38,202 nucleotides of DNA, taken from positions 1 to 38,202 of the forward strand of contig NW_027437488.1 in NCBI RefSeq assembly GCF_964204645.1, read 5' to 3'. This document shows positions 23,421 through 34,594 of this stretch, in pieces (position 1 is the first letter of the stretch; each line of letters starts with the position of its first letter). The notes beneath the pieces are model-generated. The model was given only the letters and a program-made list of their open reading frames with translations, did not search any database and had not been told where the DNA came from. Source of the stretch: Tubulanus polymorphus (taxonomy: Eukaryota > Animalia > Nemertea). Position numbers and translations under genes: made by a program.

Positions 23421-23874
23421 GGTAAGTTAGTTACAATACTATCACCAACGCGCACCTGATCAAAAATTGATGAACGCGACTTTTTTCTCTCTCTCGCACG
23501 CACTCACTCACGAGTCAGACAGACGGAGAGCAAGAGAGCGACAGAGCGAGAAAGTTAGAGATCGAGTCCCTATACGGCCGGCAGCTCTCAGCGGGAAAAA
23601 CCTCGCGCAAAATATTTAACTGATTTAATTAGAATTTTAATGAATTCGCCTCGTATCGTCGTCTGCCCGTCGCCGCGGTTACCGGCAGACGGAACTCGAT
23701 CAATAAATACATCGTTATCGAACCGCCTGAAATTTAAATTGATCGTTTTTTTTTTGGTTCAGAAAAATGCGGTTTTGATGGAATATTTGAATTGACAAAA
23801 TTCCTCATTTCGAAGGTAGTTTAGTTCATTTGATGGAAACGTGCTGTGCCAATAGGTGGCACCAATACGATAAA

Positions 23875-24050
23875 GACATTAACTACTGTAGATTATGATT
23901 AGTAACTAATAACAACCTTCTCATTCTCAATAAGTTCATAGATTCAGGGGAAAAATTATAATCAGTTTCTACTCATTCTCAATGACTTCAACGATTCAGT
24001 AAAATTATGATTAGTTACTTCTTGCGCGACCTTCTCATTCTCGTTGATTT
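23875..24050 (-). repeat. Inverted degenerate outlier of the 60/63-bp satellite
   Basis: aaccttctcattctcaa...gacttcaacgattcagtaaaattatgattagttac. Confidence 0.85.
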
Positions 24051-24769
24051 CAAATTAGCATGATTGCGTCAGTGAATTGGACCCGTTACATGCACTAATT
24101 GACCCAGCTAAAAGCACTCGACGACCCCACCGACATGTAGGTTAAACTATGCAAATCCCGCGTTTATAAATTCCGGATTTGACTCGAACGCTTTCAACGC
24201 GACGAAAAAACCGCAAACAGCGAACGCGAAGTCGACGACGGGGGGCAGGATTACGGCTGTACGCCGGGGCTGGATTTCGACGCGGCGGTCTCCCGGCCTG
24301 ATCCGCCGCGTCTCGGGTCCGCGCACGTTTCCTCGGCGACAGGAAACGAACGGGTCTTATTACTGGCCGCGAAATGGCTTCCGCGCCGCATTGTTGAACT
24401 TCCCCTCACCGCGTCGACTGGAGACGCAAATGGACTTCGCAGGGCCGAATAATTGACATATCGAGTTTCGCTTACATAAACGAACTAAGGCCAAGGCAAC
24501 ACGCATTTATTTAGTTCGGTTTCTATAGAGTGAGTCTTCGTTCTTTTTATCTTAAAATAGGGATTGTCCCTATCATTTATTTATTTGGCTGGTAAATTTC
24601 GTTTGATTTTTCGATTGAGTGTCCCTTACAGACCCACCACACCTCCCGGGAGCGAAACAGGGGTTAACCAGTAGACATAGCAAAAAAAAAGTGAAGGCCT
24701 ACATCTTCATTTTAAAAGTTTATTGCACATGCATCCCGCCCCCTAAAGACCCTAACGAACAAATTTTCA

Positions 24770-25075
24770 GATTATGGTTAGCCTTTATGGAATGAACACA
24801 TGAAAACCACGAAAACGGTTTCTTCACGCGGTTATGATAGATTTTGAACCAACAATTCGAACCGATGATACTACAGGCAGCTCTGAATGACTCGATTCGG
24901 ATATTCTTGGAGCCATCCCTATTGGTTCCCGCGAAAACCAAGCATGGTTTCTTGACGTGGCTGTGATTGCTATCGAACCGACGATACCGCGTAACTATAT
25001 TCAATATCGCATCGATACGAACTATGAACAAAGGGCAAATGACTTCAAACGCTCTTAGTTTCACCCTTACAAAAC
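24770..25075 (+). repeat. Dispersed repeat family X copy
   Basis: Closely matches 29060-29360 (gcagctctgaatgactcgattcggatattcttggagcca...). Confidence 0.88.
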
Positions 25076-25960
25076 GGCTGAATCAAAGCAGCTTGCCTTT
25101 GACAAACTGATTGCATAGATGGGCTTTCATTAAACAAACATTCATGGTTATGGATGATAGGAAATTTTTGGGTTTTTTTTCTGTCGTGAAATGGTAACAT
25201 AGCATAGCGTGTGTGTTAAAACCCATGCCAGTGTACACCACGTCTGCTGTTGGTCTATCGCGGAAAACCAATAATCCCTCTCTTTCTCTACCTCTCTCCT
25301 CTCTCCCTCATCCGCTGAAAACTGCATTTGCACAGCCGGTCTTTGAGTACACACTGCAGCACGCCGCGAGGCCCGCGGGTCCTCGTTCGAACGGTCGCGC
25401 TAGCCCCCGCGGGCCCACGAGCCTGCCTCGGCGTTGTTTAACTTAAACGCGCGTTCAAATACCGAGATACGCGACGATTTCGTCGTTAAAACAACCTCGT
25501 AAGAAACGAGGGCCTAAAATTCAGCCCCGGGGTATCGGTGGTTGCTTTTAGAGTTGAAATAATGAATTCGACTATTGTTCTTGGAAAATCTAATTTCAAT
25601 CGTGAGAATTTTCAATAATTTCAGAATTCCGCCCGGCAATGTAGCAAATTTCGGTCCAGTTCCCCCGCGGCTAACCAAATTTTCTAATTGACCTTTTAGC
25701 ACTCAAGCCACCCTGATCTACCCTGCCTATTACTCCTCATCAGCACTGACTCTTATTTTGTCTGCTACACAAGTATATAAGGCTGCAGTCAGATTCAAAC
25801 CTGATAAACTAGGCACCTACGACGTCAGAATTCCGTACAGAAATCCAAATCTTCCTGTTTGAAATTCTCGAGTATTTGGAGTTTACGAACGCGACGGATG
25901 GAAAGGTCATGATTTTTAGTGACCCCCCTAATCAAATAGTGCGGTTACAACAAACTCATT

Positions 25961-26002
25961 CACCTGATGAAGCTTCTATTCATTAGAAGCGAAAGCTCAG
26001 TG
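25961..26002 (+). ncRNA. Minimal type I hammerhead ribozyme motif
   Basis: cac-CTGATGA-a-GCTTCTA-ttcat-TAGAAGC-GAAA-GCTC-agtg: perfect 7-bp stem II, AGCT palindrome, weak stem I. Confidence 0.72.
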
Positions 26003-26287
26003 CGTCAAATAGTTAACCTAAATAGTACTACTAGTCTCGTTACTTGTTTACAACAAAATAACACAAACTTAACTTCTTAATAACAGAAAATAAGCTGGGA
26101 TTGAGCTGATTCTGTATCGTGATGAATGTGGACTTTCCCTTGAATTTTCTGACGAGTAATATTACATGACGTCGTGATATTTCTGAGTGCTAATAGGTTT
26201 AAAATACTTAAGTCAAAATGTTTAATATTATGCAGTTGTAAACATTGAAAATGAACTAATATTCGAAATTCGTTAAGTCAAATTTAA

Positions 26288-26568
26288 CCCTTTCAGTGCG
26301 TCTACACCGCAGTGCGGTGTATAAATCGGTGATGGATTTTGCTAGTACACCGCGCTGCGGTGTATTGATTAAATTAGTAATTATCTCTCTTGAAAGATGG
26401 CAGCACGTGTCAAACATAGTGAACTATTAGTAACTAACGATACACCGCACCGCAGTGTAGACGCACTATAGTGCTATTTCCGTTATTCAACACACTAGGG
26501 TGGAATTTTCCCAAATTTTCACATTTTCTTAAGCACTATAGGGTGTTAATTAGTCAGCACTGAAAGGC
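26288..26568 (+). mobile_element. piggyBac-like MITE, right terminus mutated (GGC)
   Basis: TTAA|ccctttcagtgc...gcactgaaaggc|TTAA. Confidence 0.92.
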
Positions 26569-27199
26569 TTAAGGATTCTTTTGCACTGAATTCCTGCGCG
26601 TTCGACCCGGAGGCCCTCGTCAACCGCGACGCGAAATTCTCATTTACTCTCGCACGCGATCGAATTTTTTTTCAATCAACCGTTGCGCAGTTTCCCGGAA
26701 CGCTGCCGAGCTCCGCGGAACTCGAACACTTTACTCGGACGAGACGCGCGCGCGCCGCGCTATACGAATTGAAATATCGAATTTCTAATCAGAATTTCAG
26801 CGCGATGGATATCCCGTGTCTCGCGATTAAGAGAAATCGAAACCGGGCCGCACGACGAGAGGTCGTACAAGTGAAAGTAATTTACGTAGATCTCGGGGGT
26901 TACAAATTTCCCGGCGCAGGGGATGGATTAGGCCACTTCTACTCGCCGCGGAGGGGGGTGTAGGAAGGAGCTTCAGTATTTTTGTTAAACGTCTGTTGAA
27001 GATGAAGTCTTCATCGATGCGTGGTTAGATCTTGTGAGGCGTCGTTCATTTCTGTAGTTCACTTAAAATCGAACTACTGCAATTGAAGTCGAATTACTCA
27101 CATTTTTATTGAAAACTAATTAGAGATATTAACAACTTCTACGATTAGCGGTATCGGGTAGCCCGGTCTGCTTTGCGATTCAACATCGAAAGCTTTTAA

Positions 27200-27487
27200 C
27201 CCTTTCAGCGCGTCTAAACAGCAGCACGGTGTACGAATCAGTAATGGATTTTGCTAGTACACCGCACTGCGGTGTATTGATTTAATTAGTAATTAGTAAT
27301 TATCTCTCTTGAAAAATGGCTGCACCTGTCATACATAGTGAAATATTAGTAACAAACGATACACCGCGTCGCGGTGTAGACGCACTATAGCGGTATTCCC
27401 ATTATTCAACACACTAGGGTGGAATTTTTCAAAATTTTCAAATTATCTCCAGCACTATAGGGTATTGATTAGTCAGCACTGAAAGGG
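27200..27487 (+). mobile_element. piggyBac-like MITE
   Basis: TTAA|ccctttcagcgc...gcactgaaaggg|TTAA. Confidence 0.93.
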
Positions 27488-27529
27488 TTAAGTCGATTTA
27501 TTGTGATCAGATCGTCAAAGGCATTTGAT

Positions 27530-27822
27530 ATGATTCAGACATGTTTTAAGGGTGAAACTAAAAGTATAGATGTGAATATTCTTCAGACCGAGTTCATCGT
27601 AGATGATTGAAATCAGAAAGTTACGCAGTATCCTCGGTTCGAAATCAATCACAGCCACGTGAAGAAACCATGATTTAAGAGTGAAACTATAACAGTGTTT
27701 AAAAGTCGTCACTGTTCTGTCACGAGTTCATCATATAGATGATTAAAATCAGTTGCGTTTAAAACGGGAGAAAGTTACGCAATATCATCGGTTCAATTGT
27801 GTGGTTCAAAATTAATCATAGC
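27530..27822 (-). repeat. Dispersed repeat family X copy, inverted
   Basis: gatgtgaatattcttcagaccgagttcatcgtagatgatt and agccacgtgaagaaaccatg are reverse complements of family X modules. Confidence 0.85.
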
Positions 27823-27837
27823 ATCAATCGAAAACCT

Positions 27838-28505
27838 AAAATGAGCTCAGACCGGTCTCAAGTTGTAAAATTGGTTAAGGAACCAAAGTGGGCTTAGACC
27901 GGTCTTAAGTTGTTAGATCGGCTATACAACTAGAATGATCTCAGACTGGTCGCTTAGACTGGTTTTAGCTTATTTTGGTTCTACAACCGATCTAACAGCT
28001 TAAGACCAGTCTAAGCCATTTTTGTTCTATAACCAATCTAACAACTTAAGACCAGTCTAAGCTCATTTTGGTTCTATAACCAATCTAACAACTTAAGACC
28101 AGTCTAAGCAAGTCCTGGTTCAACAACCTATCAAACAACTTAAGGCCAGACTAAGCTCATTTCAGTTCTATAGCCAATCTACTAACTTAAGACCAGTCTA
28201 AGCTCATTTCAGTTCTATAGCCAATCTACTAACTTAAGACCAGTCTAAGCTCATTTCAGTTCTATAGCCAATCTACTAACTTAAGACCAGTCTAAGCTCA
28301 TTTCAGTTCTATAGCCAATCTACTAACTTAAGACCAGTCTAAGCTCATTTCAGTTCTATAGCCAATCTACTAACTTAAGACCAGTCTAAGCTCATTTCAG
28401 TTCTATAACCAATCTACTAACTTAAGACCAGTCTAAGCTCATCTTAGTTCTATAGCCAATCTACTAACTTAAGACCAGTCTAAGCTCTTTTCATTTCTAT
28501 AGCCT
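27838..28505. repeat. 47-bp satellite with an orientation switch near 27960
   Basis: About 2.5 inverted units, then about 11 forward units with a diagnostic ttcagttctatagccaatctact variant. Confidence 0.93.
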
Positions 28506-29014
28506 AACCGTTGTAAGAGCCTGGAGTGAGCTTAGTGAATACAAATATTGAGCGGAAAGACAGTAATCAGTAGTTAGCAATCAGATACGCAAACTGAGTC
28601 AATTAGGGAAACCCTGGTCATCACGACCTAGCGCAATAGAGCTGACGCAGTCCTTTGTGGACAAAGATATATCATTAACACACTGGTTACTATCGTAAGC
28701 TTACAATAGTTTTAATTTGACTAGAAATCTGACGTCAGAAACACACGACACGACGACCAGATATGATTTCAATTAATTAAAATCACACTCGACATGCGGC
28801 AATAATTAACGACGCTACTTTTACTAACGAATCGCCTGCCAGGGGCGCATTCGTAGTCCGTTGTAATATTCTCGGACATCGCGTCCGTGCTCGAAAAATA
28901 TCCGCATGCCAGGGGCAGATCCGGAGCCGTTATAAGACCCCCTGAAATACGAATTTTGTGGCCTTAATTTTGCGCTGACACCGAGATCTACATCGAGCCT
29001 CCCATAAAAGGACA

Positions 29015-29365
29015 GGATGGCTCTGAATAGCATGATATTCTCGGAGCCACCCTGTGTATTGAAACTACAAACGTGTTCCCTTCACGTGGCTATGATAGAT
29101 TTTGAACTAACAATTGAACCGACAGTACCGCAGCTCTGAATGACTCGATTCGGATATTCTTGGAGCCACCCCTATTGGTTCCTGTGAAAACCAAGTACGG
29201 TTTCTTCACGTGGCTATGATAGATTTTGAACCAAACAATTGAACCGATGATACTGCGTTTATAACTTTCTCGTGTTTTAAACGCGACTGATTTAACACAT
29301 CTACAAACTGTGACCGAACAGTGACGAATTTCAAACGCTTTCTTTGTTTTCACCCTCAAAACACG
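29015..29365 (+). repeat. Dispersed repeat family X copy with internal duplication
   Basis: gatattct(c/t)ggagccaccc...cttcacgtggctatgatagattttgaac occurs twice. Confidence 0.88.
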
Positions 29366-29994
29366 GCCGATGGTTGACGAGCGGTAACTATTCCGTTCCG
29401 AGGTAAGATGGCCGACATTCGTGCCGTCGGTAGATAATAATTTCACACGCGGAGGTACGTCAATAATTTGAAGGCTGTCACGTACCAATTAGCGGCGCCG
29501 GCGCCAGAAACCGACGACAATTTCATAACTATAAATTCAACGCGTATCTCAGATAATTGATCGTCAGCGAACGAAACCGTACGACCTCGTTCCTCACGCC
29601 GGGCCCTCGTTTCATCGCGGAAAATATTGATTCCGAATTTAAATCTCGTCTCGGAAAATTAGATGAACGATATAAATTCCTGCGAAATTCCAAAAATGTC
29701 CCTACTTTTCTTTTCGAAAAAAGTTGACTATCACTGTTCACTCTCTTTAACTCTTCTCTCCCCTGTTTATTTCACTTTTCTATCTCTCCCCCTCCCCTTA
29801 TATCTAACTGCCCACCCTCTCTCCACCCTCTTCCTCTACATTTTCTCTCCCCCTCTGTCTTAATCTAACTCCCCTCTCTCTCATCTCACAGATTTTCCTA
29901 TATCATTCCCTGCTGGAACCAGTCTTTAATTCACTGCAATGCCTTACTATGGCTTCGTAAACAAGAGCTGGTGCCATAGTCATAGCTTAAACCT

Positions 29995-30200
29995 CAAGAC
30001 CAGTCTAAGCCCAGCTTAGTTCTATAACCAATCTATCAACTTCAGACCAGTCTAAGCCCAGCTTAGTTCTATAGCCAATCTAACAACTTAAGACCAGTCT
30101 AAACTCATTTTGGTTCTTCAGCCAATCGTACAACTTAAGACCACTCAAAGCCCAGCTTAGTTCTATAACCAATCTAACAACTTGAGACCAGTCTTAAGAT
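29995..30200 (+). repeat. 47-bp satellite (~4.5 units)
   Basis: aagaccagtctaagcccagcttagttctataaccaatcta. Confidence 0.9.
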
Positions 30201-30554
30201 TTAAGACCACTATCGGACTTAAGTTCCGACCATGGGACTGGGCCCAGAAACAAAATGAGTTAAGCCGAGTCTCAACTGCAAATCTAAGCCGAAATCGACT
30301 CCAATTTCGCATGCTCCGGGATGACGTTTCAAACATTTTTTTCACGCGAATTCCTCATTAAAACTATAATCGTTAGAACACGCGTCGTTGTACTGCGTGG
30401 AGAGACGACCGAGAGCTGCGACTAGATTTCGATTTCTGCGAAAAAGAAGCTGTGCAACTTTTTCATATCGACAGAAGCTGCAACTCAAAACGACGACGAT
30501 GAAAATCATTCTTTCATCGGATTTCACGCCTAACGCTTTATACATCACAACATT

Positions 30555-30958
30555 TTCCCTCTATCTCTCCCTCCCTATCCCTCTATCTCCCTCTCACTCC
30601 CTTCCCCTCTCTCTCTCTCCCTCTCCCTCTCTCTCTCTCCTCAAGCTCCCTCTCTCCCCCTCCCTCTCGCTCCCTCTCCCTTCCCCTCTCTCTCCCTCCC
30701 TATCCCTCTATCTCCCTCTCGCTACCTTCCCCTCTCTCTCTCCCTCTCCCTCTCTCCTCTAGCTCCCTCTCTCCCCCTCCCTCTCGCTCCCTCTCTCCCC
30801 CTCCCTGCCTCTCGCCCCCTCTCTCTCTCTATCTCCCTTTCTCTCCCCTCCCACTCGCTCCCTCTCCCTTCCCCTCTCTCTCCCTCCCTCTCTCTCTCTC
30901 CCTCTCACTCTCCTCTCCTTCTCTCCTTCTCTGCCTCTCTTCTCTCCCTCTCTCGTCT
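30555..30958 (+). repeat. CT-rich polypyrimidine tract
   Basis: Read directly; similar tracts at 29740-29890 and 34400-34580. Confidence 0.92.
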
Positions 30959-31214
30959 CGTTGCTGCTGAAATTGCTTACTCACTTTTTAATTCAAAATC
31001 GAAAGCGTGTAGTTCCCCGTAGGCCCCCCCCTGTCGTGTTACTGGCACGCGAACCAAGACTTACAACGAACAGAGGCACGCGCTAAATTTCCAAATTCGT
31101 TACCATGACTACCCGGCGGGTAGGTTAATTGTTAAGAAACTGCGCGTTGATCTGACGAGCGCGACGATGACGGTTAATTCACCAGGTCTCCGAGTAAACT
31201 AAGTGAGACTGGAT

Positions 31215-31900
31215 GTTGAAGGGGAGTGGATTAGGGGGAGGCGAGATAGGGTGGTGGGGGGTAAAAAGAAGGTTAGGAGGAGCGAGGGAGGCGCATGAGG
31301 GAGAGTGGGAGTTAGAGTTATCAGGGGGAGGGGAGGAGGGAGAGTGGGAAGTAAGATTAAGGCAGATGGGAAGAGAAGGGGGAGGATGAAAGGAGGGAAT
31401 GGGAAGTTAGATAAATGCTAAGGGAAGAGAAGGGCGGGAGAGAGATAGAGTGGTTAGAGCAGATGGGAGTGGAAAAACGGAGATTGGAGAGATTAAAGCA
31501 GAATTGGATAGAAAAGAGAGGGAGAAGGGAGAGTGGGGAAGTAAAATGGAAAGAGAGGGGCAGGAGAGGGAGAGTGGTTAGATAGATCAAGGCAGAGGGG
31601 GAGAGATGGGAGTGGAAGAAGGGAGAATGGGGAGATTATATCAGAATTGGATAGATAGAAGAGAGAGGGAGAAGGGAGAGTGGGAGGGTGAGAAGGGAGA
31701 GGAAAAAAGGAATTGGCAAGTTAGGTACGAGGGAGTGGGGTGAGAGATGGAAGAGGGGAGGGAATAAAGAGGAAACAGTGAGGGCAGTGATCGAGAAGGG
31801 AGCCGTAGCCGAATGCGGGAGAAGGCATAAGCAAGGAGAGGCACGAGGAGGAAATGAGGGAGGACTGGGAAAGTAGAAAAAGAGATGATAGGGATAAAAA
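31215..31900 (+). repeat. GA-rich polypurine tract with internal duplication
   Basis: cagaattggataga...agagagggagaagggagagtggg occurs near 31499 and 31642. Confidence 0.9.
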
Positions 31901-32090
31901 TTAAATTTTTCTGAAAAACTGAAAAGTTATATTCAAAGACTGATTTGAATATGCGAGGTGGAGGTATGTATGGATGTATGTTGAGAGATGAAGGGTTTGT
32001 TTAATAGGACACCGGTGAATTTCGCGTATCTCGCGATATCGCGTATCACATGATCCAAGCACTCGGCGGTACGAGTGTATAGAGTCATCG

Positions 32091-32104
32091 GTTGCTATAG
32101 CGAC
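32091..32104. promoter_or_regulatory. RFX X-box-like palindrome
   Basis: GTTGCTATAGCGAC; motif match only. Confidence 0.5.
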
Positions 32105-32337
32105 GGTCAATAATGGCTATTATATTTGACAAGCCGATAACAGGAAAGATAACAAGGCCGTCAATTTACAAGCAAACACCCCCTCGCCATCCAGCCCTCC
32201 TCGTGTTATCCAGTTATTAATATCTTGACCCATTCATAAATCTTTTTCCTCCCCAAATTAGAAATGTTTACGACGTTATTCGTTAGAATCATTTTTTTTA
32301 GAGTTATAGAAAAATCGAAGGGTGTATGACTGAGTTA

Positions 32338-32905
32338 CTACTAGCGACACCTGGTGGATCCTCACTTGCCACAAGTGGAATCCTCTATTGCCGCAGTAGT
32401 TGATGTCCTACTGCACACTAGCGACACCTGGCGGACCCTCACTTGCCACAAGTGGAATCTTCTATTGCGGCAGTAGTTGATATCCTACAGCACACTAGCG
32501 ACACCTGGTGGATCCTCACTTGCCACTAGTGGAATCCTCTATTGCCGCAGTAGTTGATGTCCTACTGCACACTAGCGACACCTGGTGGATCATCACTTGC
32601 CACTAGTGGAATCCTCTATTGCCGCAGTAGTTGATGTCCTACTGCACACTAGCGACACCTGGTGGATCCTCACTTGCCACTAGTGGAATCCTCTTTTGCC
32701 ACAGTAGTTGATGTCCTACTGCACACTGGCGACACCTGGTGGATCCTCACTTGCCACTAGTGGAATCCTCTATTGCCGCAGTAGTTGATGTCCTACTGCA
32801 CACTAGCGACACCTGGTGATTCCTCACTTGCCACTAGTGGAATCCTCTTTTGCCACAGTAGTTGATGTCCTACTGCACACTGGCGACCCCTGGCAGACCC
32901 TCATT
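32338..32905 (+). repeat. 77-bp satellite (~7.3 homogeneous units)
   Basis: ctagcgacacctgg starts at 32341, 32418, 32495 and onward with period 77. Confidence 0.95.
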
Positions 32906-33654
32906 CGCAACAGTGGCATTCGGGTTAACTTTACAACTTTGAACGGAATTTTTCTGGTATTTGGTATAATCTTTCTACGAAGCCTTCGGCGCGATTTCTC
33001 TTTATTTTTTCCAAAGCCGACAGCTGATTAGCGGTGATTGAGTGAAGCCGATGCAGCGTTTGCGCCACGTTGCGTATACCGATTATGCAAAGATAAATCG
33101 CCGCGGTAACCACGTAACAATGGCGCGTAACCAATCGGTTTCAGTTTACGAAATCGACGAAAGAAATCATCGAAAATATCTTATCAGCAAAAATTCGAAG
33201 ATCCTTAAGATTCATCACAATGCCCGAAAAAGACTTCATTTTTCGAGATTTGAATTATCGTTGAAGTTTTACGATCGCCGCGAATTGAGCGAAATTATTT
33301 TCAGTTTCCAAATTTCTAAGCTATCGATTCGGGTTTTCGGACGTCGTTCGCAATCGTCGAGTTGGTTCCGAAAATTCCGAATTCCGCGAATTGCAAGCGC
33401 CCGATTGATATTCGAAAAAAATCTCGCTTTCGGAAAAAAAATTTACGTTAATCGCGATCGTACCGCTCTGCGACTTGAATTCCACTCGAAATCGAAAACG
33501 GCAGGTTATTAGGGAAAGTGGAGCGGCGGTTTTAGAGTATAACATGACATTGCATTAAGCCGCGTATAACGCACAGCGACGACCATCTTGTCAAACATGT
33601 TTGATCTCAGCGTGAAACAAGACAACGCCATTCTCGCTAATACAACCTGACAGT

Positions 33655-34389
33655 TTGTTCAGCGGTTCACCTCCTCTCCCCTTCAGTCAGCAGTTCATCC
33701 CCCTTTCCCTTCATTCAGCAGTTCATTCCCTCCTCCCTCCCCTTCATTCAGCAGTTCACCCTCTCCTCCCTCCCCTTCAGTCAGCGGTTCACCCTCTCCT
33801 CCCTCCCCTTCAGTCAGCGGTTCACCCTCTCCTCCCTCCCCTTCAGTCAGCGGTTCACCCTCTCCTCCCTCCCCTTCAGTCAGCGGTTCACCCTCTCCTC
33901 CCTCCCCTTCAGTCAGCGGTTCACCCTCTCCTCCCTCCCCTTCAGTCAGCTGTTCACCCTCTCCTCCCTCCCCTTCAGTCAGCGGTTCACCCTCTCCTCC
34001 CTCCCCTTCAGTCAGCGGTTCACCCTCTCCTCCCTCCCCTTCAGTCAGCGGTTCACCCTCTCCTCCCTCCCCTTCAGTCAGCGGTTCACCCTCTCCTCCC
34101 TCCCCTTCAGTCAGCGGTTCACCCTCTCCTCCCTCCCCTTCAGTCAGCGGTTCACCCTCTCCTCCCTCCCCTTCAGTCAGCGGTTCACCCTCTCCTCCCT
34201 CCCCTTCAGTCAGCGGTTCACCCTCTCCTCCCTCCCCTTCATTCAGCGGTTCACCCTCTCCTCCTTCCCCTTCAGTCAGCGGTTCACCCTCTCCTCCCTC
34301 CCCTTCAGTCAGCGGTTCACCCTCTCCTCCCTCCCCTTCAGTCAGCGGTTCACCCTCTCCTCCCTCCCCTTCAGTCAGCGGTTCACCCT
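33655..34389. repeat. 33-bp C-rich minisatellite (~22 units)
   Basis: cagcggttcaccctctcctccctccccttcagt. Confidence 0.97.
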
Positions 34390-34594
34390 ATTTTACCATT
34401 TTTCTCTTCCCCTCTCCCTCCCTCCCCCCTCTCCTATCTCTTCCCTACTCTCTCCTCTCTCCCTCTCATGTCCCTATCCACTGTTCTCTCCTCCCTCTCT
34501 CTCCCTCTTTGCCTCTCTCCTCTCCCCTCCCTTTTCTCTATCTCTCTTCTCTATTCTCCTGCTAACTCTTCTCTTCCTCACCCTGCAACTGACC

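Noticed and set aside
26880-27055. Candidate upstream IA-2 exon after a minus-strand ctacag acceptor
   Set aside because: All three frames hit stops and show no IA-2 ectodomain similarity.
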